Shown: positions 31,776-42,812, numbered from the stretch's first letter. The stretch: DNA of 64,000 bases from Acidimicrobiia bacterium (GCA_965203555.1 CBDBCY010000004.1:1088001-1152000); one strand, 5' to 3'. Notes: generated from the sequence alone by a model not told the origin. Translations and numbers: made by a program.

Positions 31776-34700
31776 ATGGCTCTTTCCAACCACGAACGTG
31801 TAGGACAGGCACTCACTCTGCTCCGCGACGGCATCAGTGTTGGGGTGGAGCGAGCCTGGCGGGAAATATACGGTCTTTCCTGGATGCAAAAGGTCAACAG
31901 CTTTTTGCATCAGCCGGATCACAGCCCCTCTGCCGACGACCTATCGTTTTTGCTTAAGGGTGTACAGGCCACCTGGAACCCTATCTTCGGCAAAGTCCTC
32001 CCCTACCAAACCCGCAACTATGTGTCCCTCTTGCGAGACGCCCGCAACAAATGGGCTCACAATCGCAAGTTCGGTTCAGACGAAACCATCCGCATCCTCG
32101 ACCAGTGCGAGGTAGTGCTCAAAGACTTCAAGGCACCCGAACAAGCCGAGCAGGTCCGGAGTCTGAAAAAAGCGTTGCAGAGACAGGTGTACGAGCAGGA
32201 AGGTCGCGACGAACGCAAACGGCTAATCAGTGTCTCGGATCTCACTAAGGGACAGCCTGCGGGTCAGTACCCGCCTTGGCGGGAGGTGGTGGCTCCCCAT
32301 CCCGATGTCCGGGAAGGCCGCTTCACCCAGGCCGAGTTCGCCGCCGACCTCTGGCAGGTGCTCAACGGACGGGCCGAAGAGGAGTATCAAGACCCGGCAG
32401 CCTTCTTTGCCCGCACCTTTATCACCGACGGTCTGGCGGATTTGATTCGCATCGCCGCCCAGCGTCTCTCGGGTCAGGGCGGAGAGCCGGTAGTGGAACT
32501 CCAAACCAGCTTCGGCGGTGGCAAGACCCACAGCCTGATCGCCCTTTACCACTTGGCGTCGGAGACCTCCACCCACAAACTGCCCGGAGTGGACGAATTA
32601 TTGATCCGTGAGAACCTGACCATCCCGAAGACGGTCAACCGGGCAGCATTTGTCGGTCAGGCTTTTTCGGCTTCCGATCCCGCTCCTAAACCGGACGGCA
32701 CGCCGGTGCGCACCCTGTGGGGAGAAATCGCTTGGCAACTTGGCGGCCCGGAGGCTTATGCCATCTTGGCTAAGGACGATCAAAACGCCACCAACCCCGG
32801 CGCCAAGCTGGTGGAGTTGTTCGAGAGATTCGGACCCGCCCTGGTTTTGATCGATGAATGGGTGGCCTACGCCCGCGACCTCCCGACCCGGACGGACGAG
32901 ACCCGAGTAGCTGGCGGGGACTTCGACACCCAGTTCACCTTTGCGCAGGCACTCACGGAAGCTGCCGCAGCCGCGAAGAACGCCTTGGTGCTGGTTTCCA
33001 TTCCCTCCTCGAACATGGAAGTGGGAGGAGAAAAAGGACAGCAGGCCCTGGAAAAGCTCAAGAATGTCGTGTCACGCCGAGCAACCGAGTGGCGGGCCGC
33101 CACCACGGACGAGTCTTTCGAGATCGTGCGCCGCCGTCTGTTCGAACCACTCCCCCACGGATCGGCCCGTAAACGTGACGCGGTCATCCGGGCCTATCAC
33201 GATCTGTACCGAAACCAGCCCGATCACTTTCCGCCCGAAACCCGTGAAACCTCCTACCGGAAACGGATGAAGGGATCCTATCCAATCCATCCGGAGCTAT
33301 TCGACCGGCTCTACGAGGACTGGTCAACTCTGGAACGTTTCCAACGGACCCGAGGAATGCTGCGACTGATGGCCGCGGTAATCGCCAGCCTATGGGAACA
33401 AGGTGATCCTTCACAAATGATCATGCCGGGCATCCTCCCAATGGAATCCGGAAGAGTGCTTCCGGAGATCACCAAATACCTTGAGGACCGCTGGGATCCG
33501 ATCATCCACACCGATGTGGACGGCCCCAACAGCTTGCCCCGCCGTATCGACAAGCGGGCCAGCAACCTGGGACGCTATCTCGCGACCCATAGGGTGGCCC
33601 GCACCACCTTCCTGGGCTCGGCGCCCAAGGCGGGAGATCGCCAGGGTATAGACGCCCGACGGATTGTCTTGGGATGCGCGCAACCCGGCGAACCGCCAGG
33701 GGCCTTCCATGACGCGCTGAGGCGGCTAGCCCGAGACGCGACTTATCTCTATAACCAGGACACACGGTACTGGTACGACACCAACCCCACTCTGACGCGG
33801 TTAGCACGCGATCGAGCTGCCGACTTCGACGGGACCTATACCGATCCTGAGATCCGAAAGAGGATTCAGAGCCTCGGCCGAGGTTCCTTCGGGGCGGTCC
33901 ATGTTTTCCCGGAGGGACCGGGAGATGTCCCTGACCACGACGACCGCGTACGGATGGTGATCCTCCCACCATCGGCTCCGCACAGCGTCAAAGGAGGAAC
34001 CGCCACCGAGGCGGTGGCCCAGGCCGAATCGATCCTCGCTCAGCGCCATGGCGGCCCCCGCATCAACCAGAACCTGTTGGTGTTCATGGCTGCCGAACAA
34101 GGCCGGGTGGATGAGTTGCGTGACGCGGTGCGGGCGTGGCTGGCCTGGAAATCGATCTACGAAGATAGGGATGCGACCCGGCTCAATCTGTCTCCTGCGG
34201 CGGTGGACCAGGTGAAAGAACGGCAGGCCGATGCCAACACCACAGTGGAGAACCGAATCAAGGAGACCTTCGTTCATGTTCTGACCCCCCGCAAACAAGC
34301 CGGGCAAAAGGATGTCGAGTGGCACCGCATGCCAGCCGGTGGAAGTCAGGACCTAATCCACCGAGCCGAGTCCAAGCTCCGCTCCGACGAGCAGCTAATC
34401 ACCTCCTACAGCGGCATCCGGGTCAAGATGGACTTAGAGCGTGGCCGCTTCCAACTGTGGGACGACGACTCCGACCACGTCGGGATCAAGAAACTGTGGA
34501 GCTACTACTGCCGGCACCTCTACATGCCCCGCCTGCTGGACTTCGGCGTACTTGCCCATGCGGTTTCCTCTGGCGTTTCCCTGATAACTTGGGAACAAGA
34601 CACTTTTGCCTTCGCCGAGGCATACGATCCCGACAAAGACCGCTATCTGGGTCTGAAGACAGCAGAGCATGTGGGAGTGGGAGACAGCCACACGGCAGTG

Positions 34701-35042
34701 ATTGTCAAAGCCGACCGGGCCCGACAGCAAATGGATGTAGACCAGGACCGCCCTGACACCAGTGACGATGACGACGATGACACCGGAACGACGGATCCTC
34801 CCAACGGCCCCAAGCCCCCCACCCGCTTCTACGGAAGAACCAAGCTCTCCCGGCTACGAGCAGTCCGGGACATGGGCGACATCATCAACGAGATCACCAC
34901 CCACCTAGAGTCCGCCGGCGACGACGTCACACTAATCGTCGAAATAAAAGCCGAATCGCCAGGATACGGCGAGTCCACAGTCCGCACCGTAAAAGAAAAC
35001 GCCCAACAGCTTGGCTTCGATGACTTCGGTTTCGAAAACTAG
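31776..35042 (+). CDS. Swt1-like HEPN + DUF499 AAA+ ATPase
   Basis: RNKWAH HEPN motif, PWREVVAPHPDV, EFAADL, QTSFGGGKTH, LIDEWVAY, YPIHPELF, FQRTRG. Confidence 0.9.
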   Translation: MALSNHERVGQALTLLRDGISVGVERAWREIYGLSWMQKVNSFLHQPDHSPSADDLSFLLKGVQATWNPIFGKVLPYQTRNYVSLLRDARNKWAHNRKFGSDETIRILDQCEVVLKDFKAPEQAEQVRSLKKALQRQVYEQEGRDERKRLISVSDLTKGQPAGQYPPWREVVAPHPDVREGRFTQAEFAADLWQVLNGRAEEEYQDPAAFFARTFITDGLADLIRIAAQRLSGQGGEPVVELQTSFGGGKTHSLIALYHLASETSTHKLPGVDELLIRENLTIPKTVNRAAFVGQAFSASDPAPKPDGTPVRTLWGEIAWQLGGPEAYAILAKDDQNATNPGAKLVELFERFGPALVLIDEWVAYARDLPTRTDETRVAGGDFDTQFTFAQALTEAAAAAKNALVLVSIPSSNMEVGGEKGQQALEKLKNVVSRRATEWRAATTDESFEIVRRRLFEPLPHGSARKRDAVIRAYHDLYRNQPDHFPPETRETSYRKRMKGSYPIHPELFDRLYEDWSTLERFQRTRGMLRLMAAVIASLWEQGDPSQMIMPGILPMESGRVLPEITKYLEDRWDPIIHTDVDGPNSLPRRIDKRASNLGRYLATHRVARTTFLGSAPKAGDRQGIDARRIVLGCAQPGEPPGAFHDALRRLARDATYLYNQDTRYWYDTNPTLTRLARDRAADFDGTYTDPEIRKRIQSLGRGSFGAVHVFPEGPGDVPDHDDRVRMVILPPSAPHSVKGGTATEAVAQAESILAQRHGGPRINQNLLVFMAAEQGRVDELRDAVRAWLAWKSIYEDRDATRLNLSPAAVDQVKERQADANTTVENRIKETFVHVLTPRKQAGQKDVEWHRMPAGGSQDLIHRAESKLRSDEQLITSYSGIRVKMDLERGRFQLWDDDSDHVGIKKLWSYYCRHLYMPRLLDFGVLAHAVSSGVSLITWEQDTFAFAEAYDPDKDRYLGLKTAEHVGVGDSHTAVIVKADRARQQMDVDQDRPDTSDDDDDDTGTTDPPNGPKPPTRFYGRTKLSRLRAVRDMGDIINEITTHLESAGDDVTLIVEIKAESPGYGESTVRTVKENAQQLGFDDFGFEN

Positions 35043-35510
35043 CTTCTGCCGTTGCCGAAATCAGGGAACCACCGCGGCGGCTACGTTCTCGATGGAGGCG
35101 GCGCTACCTGAGAAAACGCCCAAGTACCAGCGCCCAGACCTTGCGGCATGCGGATTGCCCACCGCTGTCCAACCTGCAGTGACGGGAGGCCTGGAGATGC
35201 TGATCGAAATGTCTGCCATTTTGACTCTGCACAGCCACCGTTCCATCCGTCACCCGCACCTCTTCGACTCAAACCAAACCAGGCCTAATCACGAAGTCCA
35301 TATGGAGGCCCTCGGACGGCGGAGCGTGCGAAGCCTCCCCGCTTCTTGTCACACCCACCTGGCACACTGGCCATGCCCGAGGTTGGCAACATTCATGGAC
35401 GCCAAATCCATCAATGATGCCTAAGGATCACATATAATTGAAGTGTTGACGGCATGAGAGCAGAAAACGCTCCACTTGGTTTTGTTCCAAGAATGTACGA
35501 GAGGAGATCT

Positions 35511-35930
35511 ATGTCCGGCTTTCTCACCGCAGACGCTGTTGCAGCTGTGTTAGCCTTCTTTCCTGAGCATAAATTCGAATCTACGTCGACGGAACTTCAG
35601 GCTGGCTTTCGAGAGATAGCATTGCAATATCCCGATTTGTTCGGTCAGATATCTTTTGGAAAAACTGGAGCATATGTCTGGTCCCCTACTATTGATGCTG
35701 CTCTGGACAGCCTTGCTGCTTCGCGTTTTTACAGCCGATACAACAAGGATTTGGTTACCTATGAACTCAACAGGACCAAGCTAAGGTCCTATTTTGATAA
35801 TTTTCTCTATGATCGCTTCCATGAAGCTGGTATCACTGTAGACATCATTCAAGAAGCATCTCGCGCTCTGATGGATATCCTTACCAATATCCATGCTTCA
35901 CCAGATCGAAAACGTCTATTAGTAACGTAG
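35511..35930 (+). CDS. Hypothetical protein, YwgA/Panacea(SocA)-like winged helix
   Basis: GAGGAG RBS. F..ISF...GAYVWSPTIDAALDSL resembles the F...GPxS..L..L signature. Ends 4 bp before the HD gene. Confidence 0.45.
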   Translation: MSGFLTADAVAAVLAFFPEHKFESTSTELQAGFREIALQYPDLFGQISFGKTGAYVWSPTIDAALDSLAASRFYSRYNKDLVTYELNRTKLRSYFDNFLYDRFHEAGITVDIIQEASRALMDILTNIHASPDRKRLLVT

Positions 35931-35934
35931 GCTC

Positions 35935-37425
35935 GTGGCTCCTAGGTGGACAGCAAAGATAGATGAGCTGGCCTTAAGCCTTTTTGGAGGCTGCTCGCAT
36001 TGGCCTAACAAGAAAATCGTACACGACTCGGTTTGGGGTACCCGCGCCTTTGAGGGTTGGGAGATGGCCATCATTGATCTACCGGTTCTACAGCGGCTTC
36101 GTAACATCCATCAAACATCCCTAGCTTACCTTACCTTTCCTACTGCCCTCCACACACGGTTTGATCACTCATTGGGCGTCTGCAGCGGGACAAAGGAGTT
36201 GGCGTCGAAAGTGCTTGGCCTTAACCCATGTAGCCCTCTATATAGGGAATTGAGCGCGGCTGCATTGCTTCATGACATCGGGCACGGACCCTTTTCTCAC
36301 CTGACAGAGGATTCTTACGCGGCAAAACCGGGCCTCTTTGCTGGTCTCATCTATTCTGCCGCGTCAGAACCGGAGGCACCCTATCCCAAAGGTTCACCTC
36401 ATGAAATAGTCGGGGCTCTCCTATTACGGGCTCCGGCAGCCAGGATCTTTTTCGAGCGACTACAAGATCGTTATGGTGTTGAAATCGATGTTGAGCAGAT
36501 CGGTGACATTATTGCGGGAAACAGAACTCGTCATACTCCCGAGGCTGCGAGTCTGGTGAACGGGCCTTTTGATGCGGACAAGATCGATTATCTTCGGCGA
36601 GACTCGGCTTTCTCGGGGGTTCCCATTGCTCTGGATTTCGATCGCTTAATGCATTCCTTACAAGTGCGAAGCGAGCATGAGCTCAAAGAAGTTGCTATCA
36701 ACATTCGGGGGGTTGTGGCCGCGGAACAGATTCTCTTTGGTAAAGCAACGCTCTTTTCAACGGTGTATCATCACCATAAGGTACGCGCCGCGGACTGCCT
36801 GTTCAAAGCCATCACTGAAAGGATGTTCAAAACCGGTCTAGGGATTGATGGTGGTCCGTTTGAGGATCCCGTCGACATGTTGCGCTTTGTCGATTCGGAC
36901 TTTACGAAGTGGATCGTTCGCAAGCCAAGCCGAGACGAAATACGCGACGATCGACTCCGTCACCTCCTGCACTTGTTGGCTAGGCGGGACCTGCCTGTCC
37001 GAGTCATGGAGATTTCAACTCGATCTCTTGAAGATGAAGGCCTTCAGGAACTCTTTAGATTTAGAGACCCGAAACCCGAGGAGGCTTACCGGGTATACGA
37101 ACAGGTGCTGGAACTTCGCAAGGCTATAGCAAAAGAAGTTCGGAGCAAAACAGGGGATACGACCCTGCATGAAGACGAGGTATGGGTAGATCTGCCGCGG
37201 GTGCCGGATCTGGGGGACGGCACACTGATCGACAAGTCCGGTGATTTGAAGAATTTAGCCGAAGTGTTCCCAACAAAGCAGTGGGTAGACTATTATAAAC
37301 TCCACCGATACAGTGGCTATGTGCTGGGGCCCAGAAGGCATCTGGAGTCAGTGAAAACAGCAACGGCAGGCGTGTTGCAGGATCGGGGGATCAAGCTCAA
37401 GAACGGTAGCACTGACCTGAGTTGA
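35935..37425 (+). CDS. HD-domain phosphohydrolase, SAMHD1/YwfO-like (dNTP triphosphohydrolase family)
   Basis: QRLRNIHQ, HTRFDHSLG, LLHDIGHGPFSH, HE, DADKIDYLRRD, VYHHHKVR. Confidence 0.9.
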   Translation: MAPRWTAKIDELALSLFGGCSHWPNKKIVHDSVWGTRAFEGWEMAIIDLPVLQRLRNIHQTSLAYLTFPTALHTRFDHSLGVCSGTKELASKVLGLNPCSPLYRELSAAALLHDIGHGPFSHLTEDSYAAKPGLFAGLIYSAASEPEAPYPKGSPHEIVGALLLRAPAARIFFERLQDRYGVEIDVEQIGDIIAGNRTRHTPEAASLVNGPFDADKIDYLRRDSAFSGVPIALDFDRLMHSLQVRSEHELKEVAINIRGVVAAEQILFGKATLFSTVYHHHKVRAADCLFKAITERMFKTGLGIDGGPFEDPVDMLRFVDSDFTKWIVRKPSRDEIRDDRLRHLLHLLARRDLPVRVMEISTRSLEDEGLQELFRFRDPKPEEAYRVYEQVLELRKAIAKEVRSKTGDTTLHEDEVWVDLPRVPDLGDGTLIDKSGDLKNLAEVFPTKQWVDYYKLHRYSGYVLGPRRHLESVKTATAGVLQDRGIKLKNGSTDLS

Positions 37426-37574
37426 CCTGCTGGTGACGTCGCCCGCTATCCAGAGGCAAAGTTCCGAAAACTGGGACATGGGAAATGAGTCGGGAGGTTA
37501 CGAATCCGTGGGATGCGAGTTGTTCCCAAATCGGGGACCTACCTGACAGATCGGCTTCGGCCAAGATTTGCTTC

Positions 37575-38495
37575 TCAAGGTGCTGGGTGAAGTTGGTTGG
37601 ATGATTGTGGCGAAATGGTGCGGTGCCGTCGCTGCCAAACGGGATTGTTGAGAAGATGCGCAGCTGAGTCGGGATTGATGTGAGGGGAGAAGACCATTAG
37701 TTCCGTGCCACGGTGCGCACGCCCTGCGCTGTGCCGTAGGCTAAACCGAAGTATCTCACTGTTGGGATAGAGATCGCTCCCAACGCGGGGATCACAGTCG
37801 TAGCTGACGATCCAGCGGCGGAATGTCGTCGCGAGCGCGCGCGAGAGTTGCTCGTGCTTGACGTATGTCATGGTGTCGAGGTAGAGATCGGTCGACTTTG
37901 TCAAGTAGGGCGGGTCAGCATACACGAAACCAGTGCGTGCATGGCGGGGAGCGAGGCTTACGAGTAAGTCGACCGCGTCGCCGTTGTGGACTGTGATGCG
38001 GTCTGCAAGGCGAGCGATTTGGCGCAGGCGGCGGAGCAGGTCCGTCTTGTTGAACCGGCAGTCGATCTTGTAGGGGCCGTCCTGTTTGAGGCCTCCGATC
38101 GGACGTGCTCGCAGGATGCCTGAGTGGTTGGTGCGGTTGAGGAAGAACGCTGCGAAGCCTAAGGCAATGGTGTCGGTAGGGTCGGAGTGTCTTAGAGCAT
38201 GAGCTTGTTCGTGCCAGGTTTCTATTGTCACTTGGCATCCGTCGATGAGGCCTTTGAATTCGTCGGAGTATTGAAGCGCCGCCTTCCAAAACGCCGCTAT
38301 AGCGGGGTCGGCATCACCGATGATCGCATGGTCAACATCACCGCTGCGTAGCAAACCCAAAGCGATCGCCGCACCTCCGGCGAATGGCTCGATGTACGTG
38401 GATCCCAGCGGTGCGTTGCGTAACACGATCTCCCGTACGAACCGTAGGAGAAGGCCCTTTCCTCCTGGGTACCGCAGGGGGCTGAGATGTTTCAC
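37575..38495 (-). CDS. Dam/D12-class N6-adenine DNA methyltransferase
   Basis: SPLRYPGGK, YIEPFAGG, FFLNRTN.SG, YADPPY. Confidence 0.92.
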   Translation of the reverse strand: MKHLSPLRYPGGKGLLLRFVREIVLRNAPLGSTYIEPFAGGAAIALGLLRSGDVDHAIIGDADPAIAAFWKAALQYSDEFKGLIDGCQVTIETWHEQAHALRHSDPTDTIALGFAAFFLNRTNHSGILRARPIGGLKQDGPYKIDCRFNKTDLLRRLRQIARLADRITVHNGDAVDLLVSLAPRHARTGFVYADPPYLTKSTDLYLDTMTYVKHEQLSRALATTFRRWIVSYDCDPRVGSDLYPNSEILRFSLRHSAGRAHRGTELMVFSPHINPDSAAHLLNNPVWQRRHRTISPQSSNQLHPAP

Positions 38496-39919
38496 GTACT
38501 GCTAGGTTGCTGCCCGCTGAGGTCCGAGCAGATCCTTTCAAGTAGCGGCCTATAGGCGAGGGCGATGCTATCAAGGTCGGATTTTCCTGGCGCGGCGTTA
38601 ACGTTATGCACATACTGGTGGAGGTTCGGCACCGAGATTATGCTGTACCTCTCCTTTAGCTTGGTGCGTAGCGGCTGGAAGTCAGCGTCATTTTTAGGAA
38701 TGCCGAGCATCCTCATGGCTGTATGAATCCTCGTTGGGAGTTTCGTGTTCATCCCCGGCGTGCTGCCTTTAAGATGGAGATACTCGGTCACGGTCAGTTC
38801 GATGATCGCCCTCAGCAGGACGGCGATTGCATTCGGGTACCTATCGGGATTGAGCTGGCGGACCTCCGCCATGATGCGCTGTATCCGTGGATGGAGCGGC
38901 TTAACATCAATGTTGGCGAAGGGATGATCTGGCTTTGGAGACCGCCTTCTTGTCTTAGTTTTATCAGCGTCCGCAGGGCCCGCGCCCGCAGAACCGGCTG
39001 GTTTTTCCGTGGCACTGTCTTCGGTATTGCTGTCTGAGCCGCTCTTGCGTTCATCGTTTCCTGGATCAGGATCCCCGTAGGTGTCGTCCTGAAGCAGTTT
39101 CGTGACGTAGGCGGTGCGATCGGGTTTGTGCTTGAGCTGCGTGACTGTTGTATCGCCAGCCAGGTCCGCAATGATTCTCAGTAGCCGGCGAATGACGGCA
39201 CTCTCATCGTCGTTGAGAGCAACTGTGCCAGACTGGAAATCGAAGCCGATGAGATGCCTGACATCGGGGTCTCCGGCGAGGCGGCCAAGGTTGGTGACGC
39301 TGTTGCTTTCTACGGTGTCAAGATTGGTGTGCGCTGGATCGTCAGGTTCAAGTCGAGGTCGAATCCAGTCGAGCACCCTGATTGCGCTGGCCGTATGCCC
39401 GCGTGCAGATGGGCTGGGGTTGAATCGGTATTTGGCTGCCGATGACCACGGGATGGATCCAATACCCGACATCTGGCCACCGTGGGATCTATCCAGCCAA
39501 ATGCGTGCTTCGTCTCGGTTTGCTACGACAGCACACATAACGGCGCTGGGATGGCTTCCCGGCTCGGCAATAACTCTAGTGAATTCAGCAGAGTGCAGTT
39601 CGGCGGGGAGCAGCCTGGGATCGGTCAGGATCTGCATCGCTACCAGGCGTCGGTTGCCATCGAGAACTGTGTACCGCCCTTCTGGTCCCGGGGTGACGAT
39701 AAGGAGTAGTGCAGGGCTGACACCGATGTCGTGGATATCGACCGCCAGTCGGACTATCTTGTCGCGCTGGTCCGCTATGAGTCTCTGCAGCGCCGTTCTC
39801 TGGTCGGGAACTGAACCGTGGCGAGGGTTCTCGCAATCAAGATCCAGGTTGGCTATTGGGATTTCTTGGCGCAGCACGTTTGACCCGGTCATGGATGTTG
39901 GGCAGTTTAGCCGATACAA
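38492..39919 (-). CDS. ParB/Srx-like N-terminal domain + HEPN-like C-terminal domain
   Basis: LDLDCENPR, VLDGNRRL; C-terminal AIAVLLRAIIELTV...LHQYVHN. GTGA overlap with the MTase. Confidence 0.7.
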   Translation of the reverse strand: MYRLNCPTSMTGSNVLRQEIPIANLDLDCENPRHGSVPDQRTALQRLIADQRDKIVRLAVDIHDIGVSPALLLIVTPGPEGRYTVLDGNRRLVAMQILTDPRLLPAELHSAEFTRVIAEPGSHPSAVMCAVVANRDEARIWLDRSHGGQMSGIGSIPWSSAAKYRFNPSPSARGHTASAIRVLDWIRPRLEPDDPAHTNLDTVESNSVTNLGRLAGDPDVRHLIGFDFQSGTVALNDDESAVIRRLLRIIADLAGDTTVTQLKHKPDRTAYVTKLLQDDTYGDPDPGNDERKSGSDSNTEDSATEKPAGSAGAGPADADKTKTRRRSPKPDHPFANIDVKPLHPRIQRIMAEVRQLNPDRYPNAIAVLLRAIIELTVTEYLHLKGSTPGMNTKLPTRIHTAMRMLGIPKNDADFQPLRTKLKERYSIISVPNLHQYVHNVNAAPGKSDLDSIALAYRPLLERICSDLSGQQPSST

Positions 39920-40020
39920 CAGGGGTATGAATCAGATATTCCTTTGCAAACGAGGTCCATATCTAGGCGGTCCCTGTCTCTGGCTGGAGTTGTACGATAA
40001 TTGGGCTGATGAGTGGTCTT

Positions 40021-42812
40021 ATGGCAGCAGCGCAGACGATATCGGGGTTTGACGACCGTCGTCAACGCTGTCTAAAGGCCGTCACGACAATGTTAGACTT
40101 CTCACCCGACGATCTGAACCCTTCAATGGATTGGAACAGTTTCATGGTCGATGCATTCCTGCAGAAGCGGCCCTTTTGTCTCTATCTCGAACCAGCATTT
40201 ACCGAGTATCACCGTCACCTGGTAAGCATCTACCAGGACGACCTTGCCCTATTTGCCTCCGATTTTGCCTCCTGCGATCATGACATCTGACAAGCGATCG
40301 AGACTGCTGAACGAGTCGCCGGAGAGATTGAAGAGACTGATTTGGAAGGGCAAACACCGTACGACGCGGTCACCCGTTACCTGAATCAGTGGTACCTGCG
40401 CATTGTTGAGCGGTCTTTTGACAGCCTGCTCGGCTTAGCGGCTTATCGGCTCCTAGTGGTGCGTCGCGGTTTTGGTTTGGTGGAGGGCTGCGCGTCCTCG
40501 TTGGACTTTGGTGATGATTTCTTGTGCGGTTTTGTGCCAGATGAAGGGTTTGGGGTTTTGGTTCCAGTGGTCGGTCCAGGTGTTGATCGCTTCGATGAGC
40601 TGTCCGACGCTTCGGAAGCTGTCCCGGCGTAGCCGTTTTTGGGTGAGTTCCCGGAACCATCTTTCGACCAGGTTCAGCCACGACGCCGAAGTGGGCGTGT
40701 AATGGGTGTGCCAGCGGTCCCGACGGCGGGGATGCTCCAGCCAGCGGGTGACGTTGGCATGCTTGTGAGCGGCGTAGTTGTCGATCACCAGATGCACGTC
40801 CAGATCGGATGGGACATGACGTTCGATCAGTCTCAAAAAGCCCAAAAACTCCTGGTGACGATGTCTGGGTCGACAATCGGCGATGATCTTCCCCGTGGCG
40901 GTGTCCAACGCCGCGAACAAAGTGGTGGTGCCGTTGCGTTTGTAGTCATGGGTCATGGTCCCCGCCCGCCCGGGTTTCAGCGGCAGGGACCTCTGGGAGC
41001 GTTCCAGCGCCTGGATCTGGGACTTTTCGTCCACGCACAACACCACCGCCCGTTCGGGCGGATTCATGTACAAACCCACCACGTCCACCAACTTCTCCTC
41101 AAAACGAGGATCATTGGACAACTTGAACGTCTCGATCTTCCACGGTTGCAGTCCCCGCGCTTTCCAGATACGAGCCACGGTGTCCTTTCCCACCCCAAAA
41201 CGGGCCGCCATCGTCCTGGTCGACCAATGCGTCGACCCGTCCGCCGGGCGGGTACCCAACGTGTCCGAAACGATCTGTTCCACCACCTCCTGGCTGATCA
41301 CCGGGGGACGGCCCCGACCCGGACGGATCACCCCCACCCCGTCAACACCGTCCTCGGAGAAACGTTTCCGCCAAGCCCGGACCGTGTTCGACGACACCCC
41401 CACCCTCCGGGCGGTCTCCTCGTTGGCCACACCATCAGCAGCCAACAACAGGCCCCTGGCCTGGCGAACCCGCCGAAACGGCAACGATTCCGACCTCGCT
41501 ATCTGTTCCAACGCAGCACGCTGCTCAACCGACATCTCCAACGGGGGCGCAATAAAAACAGGCATACCACAACATTAACCCACTCAACTACAAAACCGAC
41601 GCACCACTAGCGAATGAGGGCAAGCAGCTACCGGTGAGACCCCAGCAGATACTGGAGGCGCTAACAGCCCGAGGTTGGCACTGCGTTGGATGGTTTCATG
41701 AACCCATCGTGCGGAATGGCATCGCCCACGACTTCCAGTTCATACAAGAGACCGTGGTGTCACCTCCATCTGTTGTCTATACGGATCTCAAGGGCAACTC
41801 CGCAATCCTTTCCATGTTTGATTTGGCGAACGAGGTGAAAGGCATTGTCGATGAATGTCTCGCCTACGCGTTTGCACTTCGACTCTTCCTCCTCGAACAC
41901 CGAAACGATCCACACATCCGGCAGGTTGGTTCTAATCCGGCCAATCGCAGCCTCCGTACATTGGGCTTTCCTGCTTTTACATCAACCCGCTCACTGGTTG
42001 TGGAATCTGTCCACACCGAAGTTGTGAACGACAAGATGCAGATACGAATCGAGTGTCGCGATTACACGCGTGCCGATGTGGAGTGTCTTGCCGAAATGGT
42101 CGCTCTCCTGGCTTCAGCGCACACCTGGTTTCCTGACGGCGAACGTTTCTTCATTGGCCTTAGATCTAAGAACCCGATCGGTTTCGCCTGCGTAGACGGC
42201 ATTGCTCTCAGCCGTTGGAAACGGGGCGACTTGACCGACGAGTCCTTCTTGGGTTCCTTCGATCCCATACTGATATGGCCAAGACGTAAACTACTCGGGC
42301 AGCTGCGAGCCAAACTGGTTCGAGCCATACCTGTGGGACTGGCCGCAGGGCGGGAAGCATTTCAAGAAGCTACCGCCGAGTTGCCCTTCAGGTTGCCAAG
42401 GCAAGTCAAGGTACTGTCGCTCAAGGACAACTCTATAGGCGTCGCCCGCAGGTACGGAGGGGATTTCTTAGTAAATGTGGATGACCACGAAGGTGTGAGG
42501 GCGCTTCTACATCCACTCATGGGGTGGATCAAGAAGCAGCGAATCCATCACTCCCCTCAGAGCAAAGAGCACTGGGGAAAGGCACCTCCTGTCTACATGC
42601 TTGGCTTCCTCTATTCACGGAACAAACGGCCACGCGACCGCGGCGTCTCTTCAACTTCGGAGTTCTACATAGGTCGGTTCGAGTGGCGAAGCCCTGAAGC
42701 AGACCTAGGCACATTGCCTCTGCCTGTTGGAGACGGTGAGGATCTGGGCCAAGGTCTCAAATACGAGCCCTCTTTGGCATGGCCTCCTCCAGACCGCTTT
42801 ATTCCTCGCTAA
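40021..42812 (+). pseudogene. Hypothetical HEPN-motif protein (about 545 aa) broken by an in-frame TGA (40288) and IS630
   Basis: ORFs 40009, 40342 and 41634 join in one frame once the IS and one CTAG are removed (...AAYRLLANEGKQLPVRPQQ...). Contains VRNGIAH. Confidence 0.75.
40453..41610 (-). mobile_element. IS630-family element, intact transposase 40453..41565
   Basis: Ends CTAGTGGTGCGTCG / CGACGCACCACTAG with CTAG at both junctions; [36 protein letters not shown]. Confidence 0.95.

Noticed and set aside
34760-34785. GAC/GAT triplet run
   Set aside because: Encodes an Asp-rich linker in the DUF499 protein.
40288-40290. In-frame TGA as selenocysteine or read-through
   Set aside because: No redox motif or evident SECIS hairpin, and the gene is also IS-disrupted; a TGG-to-TGA change is simpler.
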